Source: a phage
Reading direction: 5' to 3' (one strand)
DNA length: 64,000 bases
Sequence record: PZ019086.1
The position numbers and the translations under genes were made by a program. The notes beneath the pieces are model-generated. The model searched no databases. It saw nothing but the letters and a program-made list of their open reading frames with translations, and was not told the origin of the DNA. Positions 1-9,364 of this stretch are shown here, one piece after another. Position 1 is the first letter of the stretch, and each line of letters begins with the position of its first letter.

Positions 1-2
1 CA

Positions 3-224
3 AACGGGCTTAAAGCAATCGTTCTTGAAGAAACAACCTGCGAATTCTGCGGAATGATAGGCAAGAAATGCGTTATCGCAGCGCATAGAAATTTCTGCAA
101 GAAAAATCCAAATGGACGCAAGAAAACTGAAAAGACTGGTACTTGCGTCCATTGTGGTAAAGTTACCACTTTCGGAAATTTATCAAGATGGCATAATGAT
201 AATTGTAAATATAAACCTAGCTAA
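3..224 (+). CDS. Partial CDS (C-terminal fragment entering from upstream of the window) with two C-x2-C...H-x3-C zinc-binding motifs; converges on gene 46
   Basis: Frame 3 is open from position 3 to TAA at 222-224; translation ...CEFCG...HRNFC...CVHCG...WHNDNC; its end overlaps the gene 46 stop. Confidence 0.3.
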   Translation, partial: NGLKAIVLEETTCEFCGMIGKKCVIAAHRNFCKKNPNGRKKTEKTGTCVHCGKVTTFGNLSRWHNDNCKYKPS

Positions 225-1905
225 TCTTAGCTAAACTAAATCTACCAACTTTTTCCATTTGAATGTGCTGACCATATTCCTGTGGGTCATGGTCTTTATG
301 CGAAATTATGAAGAAGTTGGTATCCTTCAAACCATCTAAAATTTTAGCCACATTTTTAATACCTTCAGCATCAAATGCACCGTCATATACTTCATCAAGA
401 AATAAACAACTTATTTTAACACCTGAAACTTTTTCAGCAATATCACGCCAAGTAAATAAAAGAGCAATATCAATTCGCGCTTTTTCACCTTGACTAAATG
501 AAGCATAACTAAAATCTTCACGACCACGGGATTTAATTGTCTCATTAAATTCTTCATCTAATGTAAACACATAATCCGCTTCCATTATTTTAAGATAATG
601 GTTAATCTGCTTATTAAATAATGGAATGTACTTTTTAATAATAGCACCTTTAATACCAGAATCTTTGAGCATATCAGTCAAAATTCCTCTATGGTATTTT
701 TCCATTACTAAATTAGTTTTTGTCTTAACAATTTTATCAAGTTCTTCTTGAAGCAGTGCTATTTCATCAGCATGATCAATAAACTCAGATGATGCTTTTT
801 CTATAGCCGCTTTAACCTTTTTAGCTTTATCTACCGTCGTGATTAGAGATTGCTTTTTATTGCGAATATCATTCGCCAACGTCTGCTGGGTTTTAATATT
901 ATCTCGGTATTCATCAACAAGAACTTTTAAATTATCACGATGTGTTGAAAGCTGTTCAAATGAATGCGTGCATTCAGAAACTTTATCTTTAATTTTAGAA
1001 ACAACTTTATCACCGGAACTTAATTGTGACAAACAGGTTGGACATAATCCACCTTCGTGATACATATTAATGACTTTATTATACGAGTCAATTTTTGATT
1101 TAATTAAAAATGCTTCTTGACCGATTTTATCAAATGCATCAGTCGGGTCTTCATCCAAAACAATATTAACTAATCTTTCATTAGCTTCTTCTATTTCCGA
1201 TTTTAACGTTCTAGCTTCTTTTGCCAAATCATCATACATATTCTGCAGACGAGTAAGGTTATCACCAGTTAATTTTTTCTGGCGTTCAACGTTATCATTA
1301 TATATTTTAATTTGTTGGATAATACTATCTTTTTTAACATCAAGCACTTGGTTTTGTGAATTTAATTCACGTATTAGTGCTTTATTAAGCTTATCCATTT
1401 CAGCTAATGTTCCTACCTCAAGCAGGTCTTCCACAAGCTTTCTTCGCGCAGGGGTCGACAAACCCATGAAAGGGGTATACCCTGCTGTACCAAGGACAAC
1501 AATCTGCTTGAAACTGGCATATGACATTCCGATAAGCTGTTCAAATTCTGCTTGGAAATCTTTACTGCTGGCAGATTCATTAAGACGTGTACCGTTAACG
1601 GTGATTTCGAAAACGTTTGGTTTTTGTCCTCTTTTGATATAGTACTTTTTCTCATCATATTCCATCCACAGTTCAACTAAAAGTTCTTTCTTATTTGTGC
1701 TGTTTATTAATTGGCCTTTCTTTACATCACGGAATGGCTTGCCAAAAAGCCCAAATGTGATGGCTTCTAACATAGTAGACTTACCACCACCATTTCGCCC
1801 AGTAATAAGAGTTTTTTGAACCTTATCTAATTGAATGTCAACTCCATTTTGACCAACTGACATTATATTTTTATATTTTACTCTATTAAGTTTAAATGAT
1901 TTCAT
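217..1905 (-). CDS. 46: Recombination endonuclease ATPase subunit gp46 (SbcC/Rad50-like)
   Basis: 562 aa; N-terminal Walker A GRNGGGKST; long coiled-coil middle; C-terminal Walker B LFLDEV; sits beside an SbcD-like gene as in T4. Confidence 0.9.
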   Translation of the reverse strand: MKSFKLNRVKYKNIMSVGQNGVDIQLDKVQKTLITGRNGGGKSTMLEAITFGLFGKPFRDVKKGQLINSTNKKELLVELWMEYDEKKYYIKRGQKPNVFEITVNGTRLNESASSKDFQAEFEQLIGMSYASFKQIVVLGTAGYTPFMGLSTPARRKLVEDLLEVGTLAEMDKLNKALIRELNSQNQVLDVKKDSIIQQIKIYNDNVERQKKLTGDNLTRLQNMYDDLAKEARTLKSEIEEANERLVNIVLDEDPTDAFDKIGQEAFLIKSKIDSYNKVINMYHEGGLCPTCLSQLSSGDKVVSKIKDKVSECTHSFEQLSTHRDNLKVLVDEYRDNIKTQQTLANDIRNKKQSLITTVDKAKKVKAAIEKASSEFIDHADEIALLQEELDKIVKTKTNLVMEKYHRGILTDMLKDSGIKGAIIKKYIPLFNKQINHYLKIMEADYVFTLDEEFNETIKSRGREDFSYASFSQGEKARIDIALLFTWRDIAEKVSGVKISCLFLDEVYDGAFDAEGIKNVAKILDGLKDTNFFIISHKDHDPQEYGQHIQMEKVGRFSLAKIS

Positions 1906-1920
1906 TTTGTATCCAATTGT

Positions 1921-2775
1921 TCACAATGAAGAAAATTCTTTAACTAAAGCCTGTAATGAAGCCTCTATTGGATATCCATTCTTAACTAACATTTTCCTAA
2001 ACATCACATGTTTAGGACGATTATATGATATCCACAATTCATACAATTTATCTTTATTATCCCAATGATAGCCTTTTCGTCGAGATGCTATATGAGCTTT
2101 TCTAATCTCCGGATTTTTCCAACTAGCGGCTACTGAATTTGATATAGCTATTTTATATTCAGGTTTTGATAAAGCAACACGAACAGCCTTTTGGTGTTTA
2201 ATTTTATTTTCTTCGTTATTAAACCATTCCCTTGAAGCCATTGAAATTTTTTGTTTTGTTTTAAAATTATTTAATCTTTCTTTGTTATCTTTCCTATTTT
2301 TTGCTACTGAAAAGTATTTTAATGCTCTTTCTCTAGCAGCATTTCTATTTTGTGGATTTGAATAATATTGTTGAAGCCTTTTTGATATTGTGTCACTTAC
2401 ATCTTGTTTTATAAAACTATATTCAGCAGCTATTAAATCAACTTCGGCTAAAGATAAATTTTTATATGTTTTTCCTGACATCATTCTATTTAAAGCATTT
2501 AGCATTTTTCCATTTTTACCTTTTGCTAATAAGAAATGTGCTTTAAAATGATTAAAATGACTTAAATTAACTAAATTCCATGTAGATTTTAAATATTCAG
2601 GAAATATTGATTTAGGAAGCACATGGTGTGCTTCCGTTTTACCTGGAGTTTTAACAGTTGAATTCATAGAAATAAAATTAATGTAAGACTTGGCGTCTTC
2701 TTCACTCAACGCTAATTTTTCAACTAATTCCTTTATTAAAAATTCATCATTAATGTCAAGTTTAAAATTCTTCAC
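1921..2775 (-). mobile_element. Freestanding HNH homing endonuclease (Mob-like) with C-terminal NUMOD-like repeats
   Basis: 284 aa; motif EAHHVLPKS...NLVNLSHFNHFKAH typical of HNH Mob proteins; basic repeated C-terminal segments; lies between genes 46 and 47. Confidence 0.55.
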
Positions 2776-3035
2776 AAAAGATTCCTTTTAATGTATCTTT
2801 TAGACCATTCTATCATATCATCATAATCTAAAAAGTATTCATCAAATTCAGCCATGCAAACAACACCTTGTGCTGCTTTTGATGTGATATAAATTATTCC
2901 AACATATCTAGAATCTTCTTCGGTGTAATCAATATTTGCTACGAATTCATCGTTAATGTCAAATGTCGAAAACTTCACAGTATGCATCCTTAATACAAGA
3001 TACAGCCATATCTTGTAATGATTTAGGTGTGTCAT
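2772..3035 (-). CDS. Hypothetical small protein
   Basis: 87-aa ORF in the minus-strand array between 46 and 47; no recognised motif. Confidence 0.45.
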   Translation of the reverse strand: MTHLNHYKIWLYLVLRMHTVKFSTFDINDEFVANIDYTEEDSRYVGIIYITSKAAQGVVCMAEFDEYFLDYDDMIEWSKRYIKRNLL

Positions 3036-3222
3036 TATCTAAAATGTTGAAGTTAAAAGATACAGCCCAGTCAGTGCAGACCGTGACCTTTTTAATACAA
3101 TTATCTTCAACCTCTAGCGGTTCAAACCAATATTCAATAATTTCTTTATGCCCAATATCATCTTTTACTTCGCATTCAAAATGCTGACTCATCATAACAT
3201 TTTTAAATTCATCAAAAGTCAT
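2959..3222 (-). CDS. Hypothetical small protein (start may be internal)
   Basis: 87-aa ORF; overlaps the downstream ORF by about 77 nt; stop is coupled to the gene 47 region. Confidence 0.45.
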   Translation of the reverse strand: MTFDEFKNVMMSQHFECEVKDDIGHKEIIEYWFEPLEVEDNCIKKVTVCTDWAVSFNFNILDNDTPKSLQDMAVSCIKDAYCEVFDI

Positions 3223-4238
3223 TGTGTTGCCTCTACATATAACTGATTTGCATATTGAATAAGTGCTTCGCGGTCAGAATCAGTGATGTCTGGAATTGCA
3301 TTAATGTATTCTTCCATCAACGTCTGAAGAGATTGAACTTCAACTTCTTCACTATCATCTGACTCGACAGAGTTATCAATCTTTGACACAACTCGTAATG
3401 AATGCACAACTTTTTCTAGTTCAGATTCGAACTTCGTTAGATTTTTGTCTACTTCAGTTACTATAACACGCACTGATAGATTTGTAAAATCTTTATAGTC
3501 AATTTTTCCCTTAAATGGATATTGAATTCGACGATGCCAGGTAGTGTTGTTTGGAATAAATTCCATTCGTTCTGTTTCTGTATCAAACATCCAGAACCCG
3601 CGAGGGTCATTCTCGTCACCTGCAGTTAATGTCCATGGTGTCCCAATATATTTGACGTTAGCAGCCTCAGAGATAGTATGGAAGTGACCAGACCACACCT
3701 CTTTATAAGTCTTAAGGAAATCAGGTTCAAGACCGTGAGATTTCATTCCTTTATAAAAATAAAATCCATTCAGTTCCCAGTGACCAACACAAAAAGAAGC
3801 AGATGAAGTTTTGATGTGTTCAAGAATTTCACCAGTATTTTCTTCACACATCCAAGGAATTAAATCAATCAAACATCCGTCAAAATCTACTGTAGTAGGC
3901 TTATCATATACTTTAACATTAGGATATTTAGCCAGAAGCTCAGTAGAAGCATTTGGATGCATTACATTTTTGTAGTGGAGATCGTGATTTCCTACAATAG
4001 TATGTAATGTGATTCCAGCACCATCAAGCATTTGAACTATTTCACGGGCAAACTCCATAGTTTTATGCGTGATCGCTTTTCGTACATCAAAAATATCACC
4101 GTATTGAATCCATACCGTAATTCCATTTTTCTTAGAATATTCTATCGCTTGCTTAATTCCATCAATTTGAATACCGCGAATCCACTCATCATCAGCTTTA
4201 ACACCTAAATGCCAATCACCTAAATTTAAAATTTTCAT
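3219..4238 (-). CDS. 47: Recombination endonuclease nuclease subunit gp47 (SbcD/Mre11-like)
   Basis: 339 aa; N-terminal phosphoesterase motifs LGDWHLG, GDIFD, GNHD; size equals T4 gp47. Confidence 0.9.
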   Translation of the reverse strand: MKILNLGDWHLGVKADDEWIRGIQIDGIKQAIEYSKKNGITVWIQYGDIFDVRKAITHKTMEFAREIVQMLDGAGITLHTIVGNHDLHYKNVMHPNASTELLAKYPNVKVYDKPTTVDFDGCLIDLIPWMCEENTGEILEHIKTSSASFCVGHWELNGFYFYKGMKSHGLEPDFLKTYKEVWSGHFHTISEAANVKYIGTPWTLTAGDENDPRGFWMFDTETERMEFIPNNTTWHRRIQYPFKGKIDYKDFTNLSVRVIVTEVDKNLTKFESELEKVVHSLRVVSKIDNSVESDDSEEVEVQSLQTLMEEYINAIPDITDSDREALIQYANQLYVEATQ

Positions 4239-4398
4239 ATATCAAGAACCGTCATTGAAATGCAAAATAAAATTATTGAAATAAATCCATCTGGAGTGCT
4301 AAAAAACCCAATCCAACATGCTCTAGTGAATAGATAAAATGCGAGAAAAAGTATCACATATCCAAGAAATATCATTATATCAAACTCCGTATAAAGCT

Positions 4399-4416
4399 AA
4401 AGGGCCGAAGCCCTTT
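4399..4416 (-). terminator. GC stem with CGAA tetraloop at the 3' end of a-gt (terminator or RNA-stability hairpin)
   Basis: aaagggccgaagcccttt palindrome overlapping the a-gt stop. Confidence 0.4.
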
Positions 4417-5617
4417 ATTTTGTAATAATGTCAAACTGTTCTTTAAAGCAGAAGCTTGAATCTTGATGCTGATACAAAAATTCATAAGCTTTTTCGCGTT
4501 CACGGTCATAAAGAGCTCGGTCAGATGACAGTTCTTTAATACGCTCAAATGTTGATTCCATGTCATTTTCATCAAACCAAACGATACCGCTATCGTGTGA
4601 AATTAACGGAGTATTATCAACACGGAATTTTAAATTTTCGCCAGTAGATTTCCAAAATACCGGAATTGTTCCACATGCACCAAGCTCGAGATGAGTGTAT
4701 TCTAAAGAACGCTGTAGATATTTTTTGTCCAACTTACTCAGCTGATAACCAAATCCGGATTTACTCATGCGTTCAAGCATTTCGCTATTTACATAACGGT
4801 CGAGAATTTGCGTTGGCAAATTAGGAGCAATTTTAATTTGGTCTACTTGATGAAGACGATAATACTCGTATGGAATTCCTTTTTCTTTAATAGGAATGAA
4901 CGCTGGAGAACGTTCCAGACCTTCCATAATAGTACTTAGTCCTGCAGGTTTAAGATGTTTTTCGTGAAAATCAAACATCTGATAAAAACCTTTCCATGTA
5001 GTCGTACGACCAATCCAACGGTTGATATTCATGTTAATTTCAGAAACATCTTTCCAGTAGGTTGATCGAACCTTCGCAATATCCATAGGAGGCTGAAAGT
5101 TATATACGGTCGGTGCTTCTTCAATATCATCAAACAGAGAAACAGTTTCCGGATACCATTCTTTCATCAAAACTTTATTAAAGTCACCATTATCAGAATG
5201 GCTAAAAATAACATCAGCTCGACGAACAGTTTCTTCTAATCCCAAATTTCGACGCAAAGAAAGAGAAGAATGGTCATGCTGATAAACTACAACACGAACC
5301 GAAGGTTTAATGTTATCAATAATTTTTTTATAGTTATTAATTGTGTCTTCTTCGACTGAAGTAGCAGGAACTGAATTGATAACTAGAATATCACAATCAT
5401 TTACCAGCTTAAGCGTTTTATCGTATTCTTTTGCCAATAAAACCGGAATTGAAAATGATTTATAATCATGCGCGCAATTACGAGTAAATGATTTATCTTT
5501 AGCATAAACCAAAGTTACTTCATGACCATTTTTAATAAACCAATCACGCTGCTCAAGAGAAAATTTAGTTACACCGCAACCTTCAAGACCTCGAGCCATA
5601 AAAATACATACTTTCAT
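4415..5617 (-). CDS. a-gt: DNA alpha-glucosyltransferase
   Basis: 400 aa; N-terminus MKVCIFMARGLEGCGVTKFSLEQRDWF matches my recollection of T4 a-gt; size and position downstream of 55 match. Confidence 0.85.
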   Translation of the reverse strand: MKVCIFMARGLEGCGVTKFSLEQRDWFIKNGHEVTLVYAKDKSFTRNCAHDYKSFSIPVLLAKEYDKTLKLVNDCDILVINSVPATSVEEDTINNYKKIIDNIKPSVRVVVYQHDHSSLSLRRNLGLEETVRRADVIFSHSDNGDFNKVLMKEWYPETVSLFDDIEEAPTVYNFQPPMDIAKVRSTYWKDVSEINMNINRWIGRTTTWKGFYQMFDFHEKHLKPAGLSTIMEGLERSPAFIPIKEKGIPYEYYRLHQVDQIKIAPNLPTQILDRYVNSEMLERMSKSGFGYQLSKLDKKYLQRSLEYTHLELGACGTIPVFWKSTGENLKFRVDNTPLISHDSGIVWFDENDMESTFERIKELSSDRALYDREREKAYEFLYQHQDSSFCFKEQFDIITK

Positions 5618-5666
5618 TTAATATCCTCATTGTTTTGGTTTATTTTACCAAAAATTTATAAAGCAA

Positions 5667-5686
5667 TATAGGAGCCGAAGCTCCTA
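5667..5686 (-). terminator. Stem-loop with CGAA tetraloop
   Basis: ataggagccgaagctcctat palindrome in the intergenic gap upstream of a-gt. Confidence 0.35.
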
Positions 5687-5875
5687 TCCGCATAATACGC
5701 CATACAAAGGCTCGTTAGAGCTTCTAAATTTTATGCGCTTATATGTTATAGTTCCTTCTGCTTTAGCTTTATCGTGAGCCTCTTTAAAGCGTCTCATCAT
5801 TTCTACTTTAGAGGAACGAATTTTGTTATAATCTATTTCACAAGTCTGGCGTTCATCTTTCACAGTTGCCACCAT
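5684..5875 (-). CDS. Hypothetical small protein
   Basis: 63-aa ORF in the packed minus-strand array. Confidence 0.4.
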   Translation of the reverse strand: MVATVKDERQTCEIDYNKIRSSKVEMMRRFKEAHDKAKAEGTITYKRIKFRSSNEPLYGVLCG

Positions 5876-6066
5876 TTTTTGACTTGATAAGAATCAACCC
5901 ACACTTTCATGTTAGGGTCTGCTCTTACAATAGGAGGATTAACTTCTTTAATTGAACTATCATGGTATTCTTTTTCAGAAATTTTCACACAAAGATGACC
6001 ATTCAAAGATTCAGTAAATCCTGCATTAATTTTAAGACGCTTGAATTTTACGTGTGTAAGCATCAA
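5860..6066 (-). CDS. Hypothetical small protein
   Basis: 68-aa ORF, overlapping neighbours. Confidence 0.4.
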   Translation of the reverse strand: MMLTHVKFKRLKINAGFTESLNGHLCVKISEKEYHDSSIKEVNPPIVRADPNMKVWVDSYQVKKWWQL

Positions 6067-6349
6067 TCATATCCTCAATCTGCGATCTAGTAGTCTTCCA
6101 AAGAATACTAATGAGTTCATCGTTATATGGCTGTTTTAGAATATCCCGACTTTTCTTGATAGCATATTCGTATTGAGCAAAATTATTGTTTTCAGCTGCA
6201 ATCTGAGCGTGCTTATAAAGACGGTTCAGTTCGCGTTTATTTTTAGACAATAACTTATTTGCTTTTCTTTCTGCTTCAAGACGGTTCTTTTCTTCAATAG
6301 AAGAAATAAGCTTTTCCACTTCATCATTAATTTCGGGTTTATCAGTCAT
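6032..6349 (-). CDS. Hypothetical protein, predicted helical
   Basis: 105-aa ORF with charged, heptad-like sequence. Confidence 0.5.
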   Translation of the reverse strand: MTDKPEINDEVEKLISSIEEKNRLEAERKANKLLSKNKRELNRLYKHAQIAAENNNFAQYEYAIKKSRDILKQPYNDELISILWKTTRSQIEDMIDAYTRKIQAS

Positions 6350-6350
6350 A

Positions 6351-6569
6351 TTATTTCTCTAATATAAAATAAAAATCATCATCTGTTAAATGATACCGAT
6401 AGTTTAATTCTACACCATTAGATTTAAAAGCGGTATCATACGGATTTTCTGGATCAATATCAATGTCAAGAGCTAAAACTTCCCTGAGATACATTTTAAG
6501 TAAATAGGGAATAGCTTCAACTTCAGGTATTTCTTCCAAGAATCCGGAGAGGTTAATCGTTAGCCTCAT
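6351..6569 (-). CDS. Hypothetical small protein
   Basis: 72-aa ORF immediately downstream of gene 55. Confidence 0.5.
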
Positions 6570-7110
6570 ATAAAAAATCCAAACTAGGAGAATCGTCTAC
6601 AACACTTTTCTTTTCAGCCCCTGGTGTTCTATAGGTTGATTCTTCGTAATGCGTCATTTTATCATAGATGTCTTGAATAAAAGTTTCATCTACTAACGCA
6701 ACCATATCGTCGTCACGACTGTCATAGACATTGTGAACGAAGTAACTATATTTCTTTGCAACTTCCTTACGTTCTTTTTTAATACGTTGGACGAATGCAT
6801 TAAAACAAGCTTGAGTTATATATGCATGTGGGTTTTTATATTTCGTTTCATCAAAATTATGAAGCCCCTTAATAGAAGCTTCTATACCATCTGCAATCAT
6901 TTCTTGTTTCCAGGATTGGGTGTATCCTGAAAAGTTGAAACGTTTAGATAAGCCTTCTGCAATAAGCATAATGGCCAATCCGATAGTATCATTCTGACGA
7001 ACTACTTTATTTGGGTCTTTATTATTTGCTAATTCTGTTTTCCAATCAATAATAGCTTGTAAAAGCTCTTTATTGTTTACGTAATTATATTTAGGCTTAG
7101 TTTCTGACAT
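6553..7110 (-). CDS. 55: Late-transcription sigma factor gp55
   Basis: ORF 6553-7116; sequence from [23 protein letters not shown] matches my recollection of T4 gp55, so the start is probably the second Met at 7110. Confidence 0.9.
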
Positions 7111-7139
7111 TTTCACCTCTTAGCTCAATTCATAGATCT

Positions 7140-7185
7140 ATTATATCATAATATTTGAAGATCTATCTTAAAGCATAGAGGATGA
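7140..7185 (-). promoter_or_regulatory. Candidate middle-type promoter upstream of gene 55 (MotA-box-like TGCTT plus TATTAT on the minus strand)
   Basis: Minus strand reads ...tatgctttaagatagatcttcaaatattat...; flanked by two AGATCT sites. Confidence 0.25.
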
Positions 7186-7192
7186 ATCAATT

Positions 7193-7408
7193 TCACGCAT
7201 TCATTAAGTTAGCCGCTTCAAGAGCTGCATCTAACGAATCAAACTGGTCAACGTATTCAATCAATTCGCCATAATTAGCATATAACCACCATTGGCTAAA
7301 TTCATACTCAAGGATGAATCCATTTCCTTCAATTTGAGTTAAACCAATGCCGTTTGTATTTACTTCATATCCAGCAAGACGTAAATCGTTAATAAGAGCT
7401 TCGTTCAT
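7193..7408 (-). CDS. Hypothetical small acidic protein
   Basis: 71-aa ORF. Confidence 0.45.
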   Translation of the reverse strand: MNEALINDLRLAGYEVNTNGIGLTQIEGNGFILEYEFSQWWLYANYGELIEYVDQFDSLDAALEAANLMNA

Positions 7409-7410
7409 AA

Positions 7411-7737
7411 TTATGCCTTAGTAATTTTCAGGTCAGCAAATTTTTTCTTGCGTTGATTTTTCATACGACGAATAGTTTTATCGGAAATTTCATGCTTTTG
7501 ATAAGCTTTAGATTCTACACCAAAAGCTTTAACATCAAATTCTGACAAGATATATTGAACCAACAATTCACGGACAGTATTGCGTCCAATCTTCTGATCA
7601 TTCTGTTTCATCGTCTGATGAAGCTCTTTTTCCCATTTATCCAAAATTTGAGGAGTTACAATATCGCCTTTTTCTAGCAAAGAAACTACTTTATCATATG
7701 CGTAAGAATTGATGGCGTTTTTAATTTGAATAGTCAT
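7411..7737 (-). CDS. Hypothetical protein
   Basis: 108-aa ORF with basic C-terminus. Confidence 0.5.
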   Translation of the reverse strand: MTIQIKNAINSYAYDKVVSLLEKGDIVTPQILDKWEKELHQTMKQNDQKIGRNTVRELLVQYILSEFDVKAFGVESKAYQKHEISDKTIRRMKNQRKKKFADLKITKA

Positions 7738-7774
7738 ACATTATCCTCAATTACATTAAAATTTTATTATCCAA

Positions 7775-7790
7775 AAGGGCCGAAGCCCTT
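7775..7790 (-). terminator. Stem-loop with CGAA tetraloop
   Basis: aagggccgaagccctt overlapping the stop of ORF 7789-7989. Confidence 0.35.
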
Positions 7791-7989
7791 AGCTAAATTT
7801 TTTGGCACCCTTCCAGCCTTCGTACATCATTGCAGCTGATATTAATATTGCTCCTGCGCATTTTGAATATTTGTGATTCCAAAACCAGTTTAGAAAAACT
7901 TCGTCATCAATACCTTGGGCTATCATATTTTCAAAGAACTGACGACGAGCTTCAGCAATTCGTTGCGATAATTTAGATTCAGGATTCAT
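7789..7989 (-). CDS. Hypothetical small protein
   Basis: 66-aa ORF. Confidence 0.45.
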   Translation of the reverse strand: MNPESKLSQRIAEARRQFFENMIAQGIDDEVFLNWFWNHKYSKCAGAILISAAMMYEGWKGAKKFS

Positions 7990-8205
7990 TTAAATTTTCC
8001 AGTTACCATTTTCATCAATAAATTTAATCCAGTCATTTACTGACCACTTGGTCGTATCGCCTTTTGGAGCAACATTTAAAGTGTATAATCCTTGTTTAAA
8101 AAGCATGCGTTTGATATTCATATTTTCCTCAGCTGTAACGATAGCACTCGTTTGATTTACGCTTAGCAACTCGTTGAGAAGTATTGTAATCAAAATCATC
8201 GTCAA
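7990..8205 (-). CDS. Hypothetical small protein
   Basis: 71-aa ORF directly abutting the previous ORF. Confidence 0.45.
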   Translation of the reverse strand: MTMILITILLNELLSVNQTSAIVTAEENMNIKRMLFKQGLYTLNVAPKGDTTKWSVNDWIKFIDENGNWKI

Positions 8206-8461
8206 TGTAAACTGATTTTTTCAACTTTCTTACTTCACCACGCAATTGACGATTTAGCTCATCTTTAACTTCTGAATCAATGCCTTTCATTCTACGCCAT
8301 TTATCTGAACGAAAAATGTTTTCAACCATATCTTTATGACTTACACCATCAGGAGCTTTACGCTTTCCGAAATAGTCATAATCACGAACTTTCAAGTCTT
8401 TACGACGATACGTTTTACCCATGGAGTTTAATTTCCTTAGCAACTGAACTAAATACAGCAC
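8129..8461 (-). CDS. Hypothetical basic protein (start uncertain)
   Basis: 110-aa ORF; Lys/Arg rich; overlaps the downstream ORF. Confidence 0.4.
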   Translation of the reverse strand: MLYLVQLLRKLNSMGKTYRRKDLKVRDYDYFGKRKAPDGVSHKDMVENIFRSDKWRRMKGIDSEVKDELNRQLRGEVRKLKKSVYIDDDFDYNTSQRVAKRKSNECYRYS

Positions 8462-8597
8462 GATCGCAAATCATCTGTTTATGTAACTTGAGTATAAGAT
8501 AATAAACTTCAAAACCGTTTACATAAGTAACACGAACAACATTACCATTAATAAAATAATATTGTCCCTTTTTAATTTCTTTATCAACCACAACCAT
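8415..8597 (-). CDS. Hypothetical small protein
   Basis: 60-aa ORF just downstream of an early-promoter motif. Confidence 0.4.
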   Translation of the reverse strand: MVVVDKEIKKGQYYFINGNVVRVTYVNGFEVYYLILKLHKQMICDRAVFSSVAKEIKLHG

Positions 8598-8619
8598 ATC
8601 AAATCCTCAAAGGCAATTC

Positions 8620-8665
8620 ATGTGTTAATAATACCACAGTTTGAACTTCTTGTAAACAACTTTGT
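8620..8665 (-). promoter_or_regulatory. T4-type early promoter (minus strand: GTTTACA, 17-nt spacer, TATTAT)
   Basis: Minus-strand read ...cacaaagttGTTTACAagaagttcaaactgtggTATTATtaac. Confidence 0.5.
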
Positions 8666-8755
8666 GAAAATTATTTTAGGGAACGATAAGAAGGGAACGA
8701 TAGCTTAGAATGGTAATATACAGAATGCGAGAAAGAAAGGCCCAGAGGGCCCGTC

Positions 8756-9049
8756 TTAGTCTTCTATGATATCTCTATCATATCCAAGTGAAATGAGAGT
8801 TTCTTTGAAGTGTTTAATGTTCTTTTGTCTAGAATCATTAATGAAAATGACTGGATAACGAATGTTAAGAGATGTGAATCCAGCGCGTTTAGCAAGAGAT
8901 ACAATCAGTGGGCGATCATACTCAATCTTACCATTATTTGTAAGAACTTTATAGAAAGTAAAAGGAGCATTGAGCTCCTTTAGAAGTTTTGTAACTGATT
9001 GACATCCAGGACAACGACCTACTTCATCTGGAATTCCATAGACTTCAAT
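8756..9049 (-). CDS. nrdH: Glutaredoxin-like protein (NrdH-like); start codon unclear
   Basis: Redox motif GRCPGCQS; adjacent to nrdG/nrdD; the long ORF (to 9208) overlaps the upstream gene and no in-frame ATG lies near the expected start. Confidence 0.55.
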   Translation of the reverse strand: MEVYGIPDEVGRCPGCQSVTKLLKELNAPFTFYKVLTNNGKIEYDRPLIVSLAKRAGFTSLNIRYPVIFINDSRQKNIKHFKETLISLGYDRDIIED

Positions 9050-9050
9050 C

Positions 9051-9362
9051 TTATTCTTTAAGTTCGAGTTTTGTTCCACGAGAAATAATTCCTTGATAAG
9101 CCCAGTATGGCGGGTTAACAGAATCATCGCCAGAATTTTCTTCAGGAAAATAAACCTGGATAACAAATCCAGATGCATCAAAGGTAAAATAAACCGTAGG
9201 TAATTCACCTAACAATTCAGCGCGGTTATTAATTTCTTCAAGTTCTCGTTCTCGTCCAGCCCAAAAACTAGGATTTAGACTACATTCATAGAAATAATAG
9301 TCATTACCGAACATATCAAAACCCTTCCAACTCTCTACCACATACCGCTCAAAACTAATCAT
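9051..9362 (-). CDS. Hypothetical protein
   Basis: 103-aa ORF. Confidence 0.5.
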   Translation of the reverse strand: MISFERYVVESWKGFDMFGNDYYFYECSLNPSFWAGRERELEEINNRAELLGELPTVYFTFDASGFVIQVYFPEENSGDDSVNPPYWAYQGIISRGTKLELKE

Positions 9363-9364
9363 AA

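Noticed and set aside
308-1060. Plus-strand ORFs 308-493 and 839-1060 inside gene 46
   Set aside because: Antisense to a well-supported long gene; no independent signal; typical spurious ORFs.
4375-4575. 66-aa minus-strand ORF overlapping the 3' end of a-gt
   Set aside because: Out-of-frame overlap with a-gt, whose 400-aa length matches T4; covers the terminator hairpin.
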